59,562 bases of DNA from a virus (taxonomy: Duplodnaviria > Caudoviricetes), in IMG/VR virus record IMGVR_UViG_3300020442_001061, positions 1 through 59,562 of that record. One strand, 5' to 3'. The number at the start of each line of letters is the position of its first letter. Position 1 is the stretch's first letter. Under the pieces are notes generated by a model. That model was given only the letters and a program-made list of their open reading frames with translations, was not told where the DNA came from and searched no databases. This document shows, piece by piece, positions 38,466 to 47,695 of the stretch. The position numbers and the translations under genes are program-made.

Positions 38466-39298
38466 ATTTTTAAGTACCTTTCATATTTCTTAATCTTATC
38501 ATCATTAGCAAATGATTTTTCTGTATAGTGAAAAATACCTGTTTGTGTATGATTACCAATCTTTAAATCTAAACTATCTGTTAAGTAACTGCCAACTCTA
38601 CTTTGCCAAGTAGCACTAGGATTGTACCAACCTTGTATACGTGGCTTCATATGTACAAAACTTGGAAATGAAACTTTCTTGTTAGTGATCATATCTTCTA
38701 CATCTAATATTTTTGCAACAATACTAGCACTTAGATCAACACTTAACGTTTTTTGATACAAATCTTTTGCATACTTTCCGTAAAATAGTTCCCAATTATT
38801 CATTACAAGTTCTAACCATGTATAAAACTCTTTTGCAAAAGCACATTTTTTAAAATAATGAAATCCTGCATATAGGTTTGGTAGTTCATTTGCAATAAAA
38901 GTTTTTCTATAGTAAGTATCTTTTACTATTTCGCCTCTATATGTGTAAACTTTACTTGTAAAAAACAAATCATAGTTACTTAAAAAAGTCCACCAACTAC
39001 TAAGATCTTGTAAAACAATCATATCAGTGTCCATTACAATAGTTTCTTCATATGGACTTACATGGTATAACTTCCAACGATTGTTAATTTTCCATTCTTG
39101 TTCTTGGGCATCGTCAGACCATGGTATTTCTTTTATATGATCAAATAGATGCTTGTACTTTTCAGGTACTTCATCATTAGTAACCAAGCAGATACTTGGA
39201 TCTTTTTGTGTAGCATGGATGCTCATAGCCAATAAACAAGCCTGTTGGACATAATTGTCCTCGTTGTTTTGTGCTATAAACAAAAATCCTTTGCTCAT
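38462..39298 (-). CDS. GT8/mannosyltransferase-like GT-A glycosyltransferase
   Basis: SPYEETIVMDTD (DxD), FVHMK, FHY. Confidence 0.65.
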   Translation of the reverse strand: MSKGFLFIAQNNEDNYVQQACLLAMSIHATQKDPSICLVTNDEVPEKYKHLFDHIKEIPWSDDAQEQEWKINNRWKLYHVSPYEETIVMDTDMIVLQDLSSWWTFLSNYDLFFTSKVYTYRGEIVKDTYYRKTFIANELPNLYAGFHYFKKCAFAKEFYTWLELVMNNWELFYGKYAKDLYQKTLSVDLSASIVAKILDVEDMITNKKVSFPSFVHMKPRIQGWYNPSATWQSRVGSYLTDSLDLKIGNHTQTGIFHYTEKSFANDDKIKKYERYLKI

Positions 39299-39495
39299 GT
39301 TTGTTTACTTCCTAAAGGTTTACACTCCCAAGTAACTGTATCCCAGTCACCATCATTGGGTATTTCTTTATATAATTGTAATGAAGCATTACATTGTGTT
39401 TGTGCATTAGGTCCTTCAAACCATTGCACATCTTGATATCTACATTCGTTACTCATACATACTGTTAATAATATATGCCAAATAAATTCCATCAT
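39295..39495 (-). CDS. small Cys-containing hypothetical protein
   Basis: 66 aa, 4 Cys, hydrophobic N-terminus; ATGA-coupled on both sides. Confidence 0.55.
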   Translation of the reverse strand: MMEFIWHILLTVCMSNECRYQDVQWFEGPNAQTQCNASLQLYKEIPNDGDWDTVTWECKPLGSKQT

Positions 39496-40343
39496 TCCGC
39501 TCCCGTGTCTATGATCCTATTCAAACTAAACTTATTCATTACGTGTATACTACTGCCTTTGATACGCAAAGGTGTATATTCTCCTAGATAATCTTTCTTT
39601 TCAACTAAAAATAAAAAATTATCGTCTTTTAAATCCCATAATATATCTCTATCTGCTGTATATAACTTTTTACCAGGCAACGGTTTTGCAAAATCACCTG
39701 ATTGCCAACCATTCATAATATGAATAGCAATACTAAACACCCAGTCATTACGAAACGTACCTTTGTTTATTTGAAATATACTGTTATAGTGTTGCCAATT
39801 CTCTTGTATGTGCTGTGCAAGTTTAAAAAATGTTTCTACTTCTTTGCTTTTTCTAAAAAATACAACTGTTGCCCAATAAAAGTCTACACTTGTTTCGCTT
39901 ATTTTTTCAAACTCTGCTGTTTCTCTAAATCCTGACAAGTCTTTTGCGTTTTTATAAATTAAAAAGTTATCTTCTTTTGCAAAACAATGTTTTAGTATAT
40001 CGTTACTAATAATATAATCGCTATCAAGCAATATTGTTTCGTCATATGGTGTTAGTTCATACGCCTTTGTACGCCAATCATTTTTAAATTCAAGTGTTTT
40101 AAATACACCACTACCGTCATAGTATCTTTTTGTAGTTGCTGATTGTGAAAAAGGAATTTCTATTACTCTATCCCATACACTACCCCAATCAGGATAGTTG
40201 GTAATAAGGTAATCTTTACTGTCAGTGACAACAGTTGTACCTATATTCAAATATTTTTTAATTCTCTTTGCAAGAAAATGTGCTTGTTTTACATAATCAA
40301 CTTGGGCATTATTCCGTGCAAAGACTAACGCACCTTTACTCAT
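39492..40343 (-). CDS. GT8-like GT-A glycosyltransferase (paralogue of 38462)
   Basis: MSKG start, DYVKQA, TPYDETILLDSD, RNDWVFSIA, HVMNK. Confidence 0.65.
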   Translation of the reverse strand: MSKGALVFARNNAQVDYVKQAHFLAKRIKKYLNIGTTVVTDSKDYLITNYPDWGSVWDRVIEIPFSQSATTKRYYDGSGVFKTLEFKNDWRTKAYELTPYDETILLDSDYIISNDILKHCFAKEDNFLIYKNAKDLSGFRETAEFEKISETSVDFYWATVVFFRKSKEVETFFKLAQHIQENWQHYNSIFQINKGTFRNDWVFSIAIHIMNGWQSGDFAKPLPGKKLYTADRDILWDLKDDNFLFLVEKKDYLGEYTPLRIKGSSIHVMNKFSLNRIIDTGAE

Positions 40344-40686
40344 AATCTACTAGGCCAGATACCTTTCGCTTTGATCTAATATTTTCGTACTCTGTGTGGT
40401 ATTCATTAGTTGATGTAAAATAAATGTTCAATGCATCTTGATAAAAATCATCTATATTATCAATACGCACAGGAATATCATTATCATCAATAAGCACTAC
40501 ATTCTCTTGACCAGATTGAACCAACATATTACAAAAATTTAACAGTTCTTTAGTAACACTGAATTGTCCACCATTAAAATAATGAACATTATTTTCATAA
40601 AATTTTTCTTTTGCTACTCTTTTTTGGTTATTAAGAGTTGTCATATAATTGGCAAAATCCAAAGCCTTCTCTAGTCTTTCATCCAT
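40336..40686 (-). CDS. hypothetical phage protein
   Basis: Start MDERLEK with SD AAGGAG. Confidence 0.7.
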   Translation of the reverse strand: MDERLEKALDFANYMTTLNNQKRVAKEKFYENNVHYFNGGQFSVTKELLNFCNMLVQSGQENVVLIDDNDIPVRIDNIDDFYQDALNIYFTSTNEYHTEYENIRSKRKVSGLVDYE

Positions 40687-40704
40687 AAGGATCTCCTTTA
40701 GTGC

Positions 40705-40733
40705 ATTATACACTATTTAGAGTAAAAAAGCAA
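40705..40733 (-). promoter_or_regulatory. sigma70-like promoter with embedded TAAATA
   Basis: Minus strand TTGCTT-N17-TATAAT; the spacer contains cTAAATAgt. Confidence 0.55.
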
Positions 40734-40736
40734 GGA

Positions 40737-41639
40737 TTAAGTTAGATCTGAACTACCGTCTGTGGTATATGTAGGAGTTGCTACTTCAACACCTGTGCCT
40801 GGTGTTGGTGTTGTTGCACGTAATTGAGTAATTGTACTGTTCAATACACCTAATACGTTTTCATCTGTATTTGGATTACCTGTATTATCGTCATTCCAAG
40901 TAAGTCTAAATGTTAAAACAGTACCACTTGTTTTCTTAGCCTCAACTTTGTAGTTGTTTGCGGCATATAAACCAGTACCATTTTTAATAAAAATCTGTTG
41001 ATATGAAGAAGTTAAATCATGATAACCAATTGCACTACCGCTACCTGAACCAGTTGCAGTTGTACCAGTATATCCCATTTTAACTGTTCCCATATTTACA
41101 AGCATAGTCATCCAATCTAATGTTTTAGAACTAGTGCCTGTGTAAGTAATATTACTAGCCATTCTTACTTCACCACCTGCGTTGAAAAAATGCCTTTGTA
41201 AATCAGCACTTCCAAAAGTGATGTTCATTACGTGTGTAAGTGTACCGTTCCATGATGTTGTGTATTGTGCTGAAAGAACTGCTTCGGCAGAACTTTGTGT
41301 TGGTGCTATAACAAATTTATCGTTTTCTAAAGTTGTAACTAGATTTTCAAATTGTGCAACACCTTTCTTATTAATTGTGTCGCTATCTAACACTACATCG
41401 GTTGCTTGGATAAAAGCAATTTCTGTTGGTTGTGCACCAGTTTGGTGTATTCTACCGTTTGCTATATCAGTGTAAAGTGTTTGCATATCGTTTGCATTAA
41501 CGATTGCCGTAACTGCCACTTGTGAACTAGATAGGTTTTGACCATATCCGTCATCACCTGAGCCTACGCCCATTATAGTTGCTACACGAGATTGTAAGTT
41601 GTTGTACCTTGCGGCTGTAATAATATCACCGACTGCCAT
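40737..41639 (-). CDS. putative virion structural protein
   Basis: GDIITAARYN, GYGQ, RHFFNAGG; Thr/Gly-rich; in the structural operon. Confidence 0.65.
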   Translation of the reverse strand: MAVGDIITAARYNNLQSRVATIMGVGSGDDGYGQNLSSSQVAVTAIVNANDMQTLYTDIANGRIHQTGAQPTEIAFIQATDVVLDSDTINKKGVAQFENLVTTLENDKFVIAPTQSSAEAVLSAQYTTSWNGTLTHVMNITFGSADLQRHFFNAGGEVRMASNITYTGTSSKTLDWMTMLVNMGTVKMGYTGTTATGSGSGSAIGYHDLTSSYQQIFIKNGTGLYAANNYKVEAKKTSGTVLTFRLTWNDDNTGNPNTDENVLGVLNSTITQLRATTPTPGTGVEVATPTYTTDGSSDLT

Positions 41640-41643
41640 AGTA

Positions 41644-43134
41644 TTATACCTTTAATATACATTCTACTAGGCCGGACTCATCACCTTCTGGTTCGAAAGA
41701 TTCTAAAGCAATACCTACTAGACCATTTTCATTCTTAACTGTTGAGCCAACACCGCTTACATCTACGTAAACTGCTTCGCCCTTGTTAACTAAACCTGTT
41801 ACTTTTACAGGAACACGCCCTTTCAATGCTACTGCTTGACCCTCACTGTCTGCATTCATTAAATATGCAGGTGCTTCTGAAATAACTCCTACTGGAATGT
41901 TATCACCTGTTGCCGGTTCTACTTCATAACCGCCAGCACCTTCTAAATCATTTGCTACTGCAACAATAGTACCTACTTCTAATTCTTCACTTGTAGTATA
42001 TTTCTCTGCCAAGTCAGCATATTTGGCACTTGAAGCAACACCTGTAAATTCATTTGCTACCAAGTTTCCTGATGCATCTCTAACTGCTACTGTGTTTGCA
42101 GTTGCGGCAGTATCACCTGAACGATAATTGCTGTTTACTTTTAATGTGTTAGCACCTGTGGCATCACCATTAAATGTAGTTGCATACATTGTAGCAAATC
42201 TATTTAAATTTGTACCAAAGTCAAATGTATTATTTGATCCTGGCATTACACCTGAGTCTTCAATTGACATAACATTTTGCACATTACCTTGTGCATTATC
42301 AACTCTAAATTTTATTTTTGTACCTACGTCATTTTGGATAACACCTTCGTTATCGTTTTCAACATAAAGTTTTAAATCACTTGAATCACCAATTGAAATA
42401 CCTGCATCTGCAAAACTAACTAGTGATGTAAATGAACCTGATCCTGCTAAAGCAAAATCTGTTGCACTATATCCGCCAAGTTTTAATGAGTTACTTGCTG
42501 TACCCCAATAGTAATCGTTTGTGCTTGTTACACCGCCTGTTGCGTTCTGTGTATTTCTTAATGTAGTTCCTTTTTTAACTACGTCAAAACCTGTAATTGC
42601 ATTGTTAGGATCTGTAGAATCAATAGTAAATGTAGTTCCACTAATTATAAAAACAACTTCATCGTTGATAACTGCTTTAATAATTGGTCTGTTTACACTT
42701 GTTGTATCTCTTACTGTTGAAGAAACCATCTGTGTAACTGTTGTACCTGCACCTTGTGGTCCAACTAATACAAATCCTGTTCCATTGTATGCGTATAATT
42801 GTTCGTTTGCAGAATCCCACCATAAATCACCAGTGGCTAAACCTGCTGGTGCTGTTGCACTTACTTCTGCACCACCTGTAGTTCTAAATTTACTACCATC
42901 ATAAAATTTTAATTTATTAGCACCAGAGTCGTACCAAACTTGTCCTGAAATGGCTCTTGGAGGTTGGTTAGCACCACTAAAGTTTTCTAATAAATTTAAA
43001 AAGTTTTCGTTCTGAATTTCACCGTAACCAGCATAGTTTTTACCCACAAACTTAATATCTGTGGTTTGATCTACTGTACCGTCTTGTACCACTGTAAGTG
43101 TAGTACCGTTATATCTATCTATAGTATATGCCAT
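41644..43134 (-). CDS. fibre-like virion protein with C-terminal ADLAE-type (peptidase G2/chaperone-like) domain
   Basis: N-terminal GKNYAGYG..ENF..LLENF domain shared with the next two genes; YADLAEKY..GVIS..PAYLMN..ALKGRVPVKV. Confidence 0.7.
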   Translation of the reverse strand: MAYTIDRYNGTTLTVVQDGTVDQTTDIKFVGKNYAGYGEIQNENFLNLLENFSGANQPPRAISGQVWYDSGANKLKFYDGSKFRTTGGAEVSATAPAGLATGDLWWDSANEQLYAYNGTGFVLVGPQGAGTTVTQMVSSTVRDTTSVNRPIIKAVINDEVVFIISGTTFTIDSTDPNNAITGFDVVKKGTTLRNTQNATGGVTSTNDYYWGTASNSLKLGGYSATDFALAGSGSFTSLVSFADAGISIGDSSDLKLYVENDNEGVIQNDVGTKIKFRVDNAQGNVQNVMSIEDSGVMPGSNNTFDFGTNLNRFATMYATTFNGDATGANTLKVNSNYRSGDTAATANTVAVRDASGNLVANEFTGVASSAKYADLAEKYTTSEELEVGTIVAVANDLEGAGGYEVEPATGDNIPVGVISEAPAYLMNADSEGQAVALKGRVPVKVTGLVNKGEAVYVDVSGVGSTVKNENGLVGIALESFEPEGDESGLVECILKV

Positions 43135-43155
43135 TTCATTTAACCCCTATGTTAC

Positions 43156-43162
43156 TATTTAT
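43156..43162 (-). promoter_or_regulatory. T4-late-like promoter ATAAATA
   Basis: gATAAATAgt upstream of the 43134 start. Confidence 0.55.
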
Positions 43163-43165
43163 CTT

Positions 43166-44995
43166 TTACCATAAACCACCGCTGGAACCAAGATCCGTAT
43201 CAAACACCCATGCGTTCGTAGAAACTACGAAACGTTTCAACCCTCTTTGAATGTTAACAGCAACCGTACCTGCCGCATTTGCTATTCCAAAATCTTGTAC
43301 AACTGACTCGTTTTGTACTCCGTTGGCATCTACTGCCACGAATGATTTGTTAATATACCCTGGATTTGCCGCATTAGTATCTTGGAAACTAATACCACTA
43401 ACAGTAGCACCTGTTAATGTAGTAGTTGCAACGTAGGCATAACTACCGTTTTTCTTGTTAGCCGCCGGATACATATCCTCAATAATTGTAGCAATCTGTG
43501 AGTTATTAATACCAGTGATATCTAAACTTAATATAACTGGTTCATTGTTGATTTGATCATCAACATAAAATTTTGTTGCCGCATCTGTATTTGTAGTTGG
43601 TTCAGCAAGTCCTGTAATTTTCTGGTTGTTTGTAATAGTAATAGCACCATTACTTGAAAACTGCACAGGTCCTGTACTGTTTGTAATTGTACCAGCATTA
43701 ATATTAATGTCATCAACGTTAAGATATTGTAATGTACCTATTCTGTTCAATCCTAGTGCATCTGTTACAGTTGAACCTACTTCTGTTTTGTTTAATACTT
43801 CTACACCGTCTGCATAAAAACCTTTGGTTGCAACAACACCTAAGTTTTCACTTGAAGTCCAAGCCTGTGTTGCGTTTCTCCATAATAATTCCTTGTCACC
43901 ATCTGCTGACTTTAATATAATACCACCTTGGTCTACTTGAGCATTTGAAAGAACAGTACTGTCTTCAGTGATACCTAATTCAATATTAATATCTTGTACA
44001 CGTAAGTTCTGTGTTTCAATGTTAACACTTGGTGAAGTTAAGAACAATGTTCCATCAACTCTCATATCACCACCAACGTGTAATGTATGGTTAGGTGTAT
44101 CTTTAAATATACCTACGTGTGATTCACTAGTGTCAATAGTAATTGCATCTACAAAACCTGTAGTTTTTCTAACTCTAACTTTGTAATCTTGATTTGATAA
44201 TTGGTTTTCTGTAACAAAAGAATTACCAACAACTTTAAGTTGATTGTTCTGTGATAAACCTATTGTAACACCTGACGAGTTTGCAACTGTTAATGCACCA
44301 ACTGTTGTACCATCTGCGTCTGTAGGTAAAAACTGTGAAGCACCTTTGGCTTGTCCTTGTGAGTTAATTAAAGCCTCAGAAGCAGTTGCTCTACCTCTGT
44401 AATGATAATCATCAGCGATTACGTTGAAACCTTTTTTGATTGTAGTCAACCCTGTGATTGAGTATGCCGGTGCTGGTGTAAACTCTGAGTTACTCCATAC
44501 ACCTACTAGCACTCCTGCCATAAATTGTTTTAAAAGTGTTTTTGAATTATTCTGTGTATCTAAAACACTTTCACTTTCAAAACCTGTTTTACCTTGGCCT
44601 GTTGTCCAAATAGGACCTGCAAGTGTTAGGTCTTGTCCGTTCCTTGTAAAATACAATTGATTAGTGTCATTGTTTATCCATAAGTCGCCTGCAACTATAT
44701 TTGATGGTTGCTGGTTTGCAACAATTGGACCACCTGATGTTCTAAAGTTTTCACCGTCATAAACTTTTAATCTTTTTTCTGATGTGTCAAACCAAATTTG
44801 TCCTGTTAATGGTCTACTTGGTGCAGATGATCTTGAAAAGTTTTCAAGCAACTTAATCATGTTCTCATTAAGTGCTTCACCAAATCCGCTGTAATTTTTT
44901 CCTATTAATGAAATATCTGTTGTTGATGTATCTAGTGTACCGTCAACTAAATCTACAAGTAAAGTTCCATCTGTCTTATTAAGTTTATAACTCAT
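43166..44995 (-). CDS. fibre-like virion protein (paralogous N-terminus)
   Basis: GKNYSGFG..LLENF..GQIWFD, GDLW; ITGLAEPT..DAATKFYVD fibre motif. Confidence 0.7.
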   Translation of the reverse strand: MSYKLNKTDGTLLVDLVDGTLDTSTTDISLIGKNYSGFGEALNENMIKLLENFSRSSAPSRPLTGQIWFDTSEKRLKVYDGENFRTSGGPIVANQQPSNIVAGDLWINNDTNQLYFTRNGQDLTLAGPIWTTGQGKTGFESESVLDTQNNSKTLLKQFMAGVLVGVWSNSEFTPAPAYSITGLTTIKKGFNVIADDYHYRGRATASEALINSQGQAKGASQFLPTDADGTTVGALTVANSSGVTIGLSQNNQLKVVGNSFVTENQLSNQDYKVRVRKTTGFVDAITIDTSESHVGIFKDTPNHTLHVGGDMRVDGTLFLTSPSVNIETQNLRVQDINIELGITEDSTVLSNAQVDQGGIILKSADGDKELLWRNATQAWTSSENLGVVATKGFYADGVEVLNKTEVGSTVTDALGLNRIGTLQYLNVDDININAGTITNSTGPVQFSSNGAITITNNQKITGLAEPTTNTDAATKFYVDDQINNEPVILSLDITGINNSQIATIIEDMYPAANKKNGSYAYVATTTLTGATVSGISFQDTNAANPGYINKSFVAVDANGVQNESVVQDFGIANAAGTVAVNIQRGLKRFVVSTNAWVFDTDLGSSGGLW

Positions 44996-44996
44996 A

Positions 44997-47051
44997 TTAT
45001 GCTACCCCTGTCCCAGTATTATCACCTGCATAAATGATATAGTTGATTGCCATATATGGATTCATAACATTCATTGGTTGGCCTACTGCTTGATTAGTTA
45101 GGATACCACCTGAAGTTGGATAAGCCTGGCCTGCCTGTGTACCTGTTGGTGCATCATAAACAAGTCCTTGTGGATCATTTGGTGTACCTGTAATATCTCT
45201 TAATGTATAGTATTGATCTCCGCTTGGTCCTCTTAAATCGTGTTCGTGTTCAGGCAAGTTTGTAAGACTAATGTTTACATCTTGTGAACCATTAACGTTT
45301 CCTAATGTGTCTGCCGCTGAACTTGTTACACGGTTAGCACTTTCGCCACCCATGTTATCTAGACCCATTGTCATTCTTCCTCTTAAATCAGGTAATGCAA
45401 ATCTACCTGCTTGTACAAGTGTTTGGTCTTTGAAGTTATACTTGATAACATTAAACAAGTTTTGATATTCAGCAATAAGCACTTCACTACCATCACAAAG
45501 TAACCAATCTTGTGGTGTTTCACTAATTAAACCACCAAATGGTGTAATCATTCCAATTGGCAATGTAGGAATTGCTTTAAATAAATTTGTTCTGCTAATT
45601 TTAAATACGCCTGTGTCGTTATCTACATCAGGTGTAACTCTATTAAAAATAAATTCGTCTGTTGTTTGCGAATTACCTTTTTCAGTTTTATCTGCTAGGA
45701 AAGTATTACTAATTGTAGTTACAAAAGTTTTTACTGCTTCGTCTTGTCCATTAAATGTAAATTCAGGAGCACTAACATCACCAGTCATTCTAAATGTTGT
45801 AGAACTTGCTAATTTATCTGTTGAACCCGATCTACCACTAATTGAACCTGTTACATTACCTGTTAAGTTACCTATAAAATTTTGTGAAAATACATTTAAC
45901 CATTGTTCATTTTGCGTACCTAAGTTTCTAGTAACAGTTACATTTGGTACAATGTTTCCTGTTGTAGTAAGTCCTGCAAGATTGGCATCACTACCAACCC
46001 ATAATTTTTTAGCAATACCTACACCACCTCGTGCAATAATACTTCCTGTGCTGATTGATACTGCATCAGTTGTACCATTAACAAGTACTGCACCACTAGT
46101 TTGAATATTACCAGTAACGTCTAAAGGTTGTGCTGGTGATAAGTTGTTAATACCAACTCTTTCATTTGAATCAACTCTTATAACTGTTTTAGTAGAACCT
46201 TCATTGTTTACTCTTATGTCAATGTTTGATCCTGCTGTTTGGTGTGTTATAATACCTGCTTGGCCTTCAATACCAAAATTCATTTTACTGTCTTGTCCAA
46301 CAGTAACACCACCGTTAGCATTAATTTTCAAAGGAACTGTTGAAGGTGTATCTTTATCACTTCTTACAAAGTTTGCCGCAGGAACACTCTCTGCTCCTAC
46401 TACTAATGCTTCAGCCTTCTCCGCTGTACCATAATATTTTCCTACACCTGCACCTGTAATATCTGATGTGCTTAAATTGTATCCTGCTTTAATTGTTGTA
46501 AAGCCTTCTAATGTAGTTTTAGGTGTAAATGCTCTAGTGGAAATTATTCCAACTGTTTTTGCTTGTACTTCAATTATCAAAACTGTATATGTAACATTGT
46601 CTGTTCCAATAATAGTTGCCGGTTTTGCTCCAGTAGATAAACCATCTGAGAATGTTGGTCCTACTAAAATCCATCCTGAACCTGTATACAAATATAATTG
46701 TTGGTTATCTGTATCTACCCAAAGGTCACCTACTACACTTTGATTAGCATCTGGTTGTGTAGTTGCTTTCTTTAAACCTGATGCACTAACCCAGTTAGTT
46801 CCATCATAAATTTTTAATTGATCAACACCAGGTGTTGTATCATACCAAAGTTGTCCTTCTACAGGATTACTTGGTGCTGTGTTAAAAGCAAAATTTTCTA
46901 ATAAGTGTAAAAAGTTTTCAGCGATAGCAGTACCATAAGCAGTTGTATTTCTGCCCGGTAATTGCAAAGAAGTTTGTGTATTAATAGTATTATCTTCAAC
47001 AATAATACTTCCTTTGTTTGCAACGTCTGTATGGTTTACTGTATATGCCAT
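44997..47051 (-). CDS. tail fibre protein with tail-collar domain
   Basis: Paralogous N-terminus; PIGMITPFGG..WLLCDG..FALPDLRGR collar; HEH; NPYMAINYII. Confidence 0.8.
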   Translation of the reverse strand: MAYTVNHTDVANKGSIIVEDNTINTQTSLQLPGRNTTAYGTAIAENFLHLLENFAFNTAPSNPVEGQLWYDTTPGVDQLKIYDGTNWVSASGLKKATTQPDANQSVVGDLWVDTDNQQLYLYTGSGWILVGPTFSDGLSTGAKPATIIGTDNVTYTVLIIEVQAKTVGIISTRAFTPKTTLEGFTTIKAGYNLSTSDITGAGVGKYYGTAEKAEALVVGAESVPAANFVRSDKDTPSTVPLKINANGGVTVGQDSKMNFGIEGQAGIITHQTAGSNIDIRVNNEGSTKTVIRVDSNERVGINNLSPAQPLDVTGNIQTSGAVLVNGTTDAVSISTGSIIARGGVGIAKKLWVGSDANLAGLTTTGNIVPNVTVTRNLGTQNEQWLNVFSQNFIGNLTGNVTGSISGRSGSTDKLASSTTFRMTGDVSAPEFTFNGQDEAVKTFVTTISNTFLADKTEKGNSQTTDEFIFNRVTPDVDNDTGVFKISRTNLFKAIPTLPIGMITPFGGLISETPQDWLLCDGSEVLIAEYQNLFNVIKYNFKDQTLVQAGRFALPDLRGRMTMGLDNMGGESANRVTSSAADTLGNVNGSQDVNISLTNLPEHEHDLRGPSGDQYYTLRDITGTPNDPQGLVYDAPTGTQAGQAYPTSGGILTNQAVGQPMNVMNPYMAINYIIYAGDNTGTGVA

Positions 47052-47055
47052 CTAA

Positions 47056-47673
47056 TTACGCCTCGTTGTAACCAGTTAATGACTGTACTCTAACAGTATA
47101 GTCAATCTGGATTAGTCTGTTTAAACTTTTTTGTACAGGGTGGAATATTACGTGTGTTAATAATCTGCCTGTACCAGATGTGCTATAACCAATAAGGCCA
47201 AGTTCATCGAATACATATAAACTTTCGTTTTCTGTAGCATTATCTAATGCGTCTTGTCCTTCAGGTTCACCATAGTCAAGTAAACAAGTTGCAACGATAT
47301 CTGTATAATTAGTACCACTTACGTGTCTAGTTTCTAGTTTATTTCTTGTAGGATCTGTGTTATTAACACTATTATCATCAATAACTTTTTGGTATGTTTG
47401 GTTATATAAACTAGCATTTGTACCAGTAGAGTTTGGTGACAGATATGTAATAATTCCTGTAGGATCAACTGTTGTTCCACCGTTACCAAATGCCATTTGA
47501 TATATCATACCTTGTCCTTGGTTTGATAAACTATCTGCTAGTGAAATACTCATGTTCTCATAGTGTATAGCATTTCGCTTATCTACAAGCACTTCACCAG
47601 TGGTTGGGTCTGTAATTTTGATGTATCCTTGTAAAAGAATACCTTGTTTTTCGTTAAATTTGTCTGTCATCAT
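47056..47673 (-). CDS. putative baseplate/virion structural protein
   Basis: NAIHYENMS, AFGNGG, FDELGL, THVIFHPVQKS; structural context. Confidence 0.65.
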   Translation of the reverse strand: MMTDKFNEKQGILLQGYIKITDPTTGEVLVDKRNAIHYENMSISLADSLSNQGQGMIYQMAFGNGGTTVDPTGIITYLSPNSTGTNASLYNQTYQKVIDDNSVNNTDPTRNKLETRHVSGTNYTDIVATCLLDYGEPEGQDALDNATENESLYVFDELGLIGYSTSGTGRLLTHVIFHPVQKSLNRLIQIDYTVRVQSLTGYNEA

Positions 47674-47688
47674 AATATCCTACAAGTG

Positions 47689-47695
47689 TATTTAT
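47689..47695 (-). promoter_or_regulatory. T4-late-like promoter ATAAATA overlapping the giant gene's stop codon
   Basis: aATAAATAc on the minus strand. Confidence 0.5.

Noticed and set aside
10290-40686. Bacterial capsule/LPS locus or classical RiPP cluster
   Set aside because: No transporter, flippase, polymerase, RRE/PqqD, peptidase or convincing leader-core precursor; flanks and promoters are phage-like.
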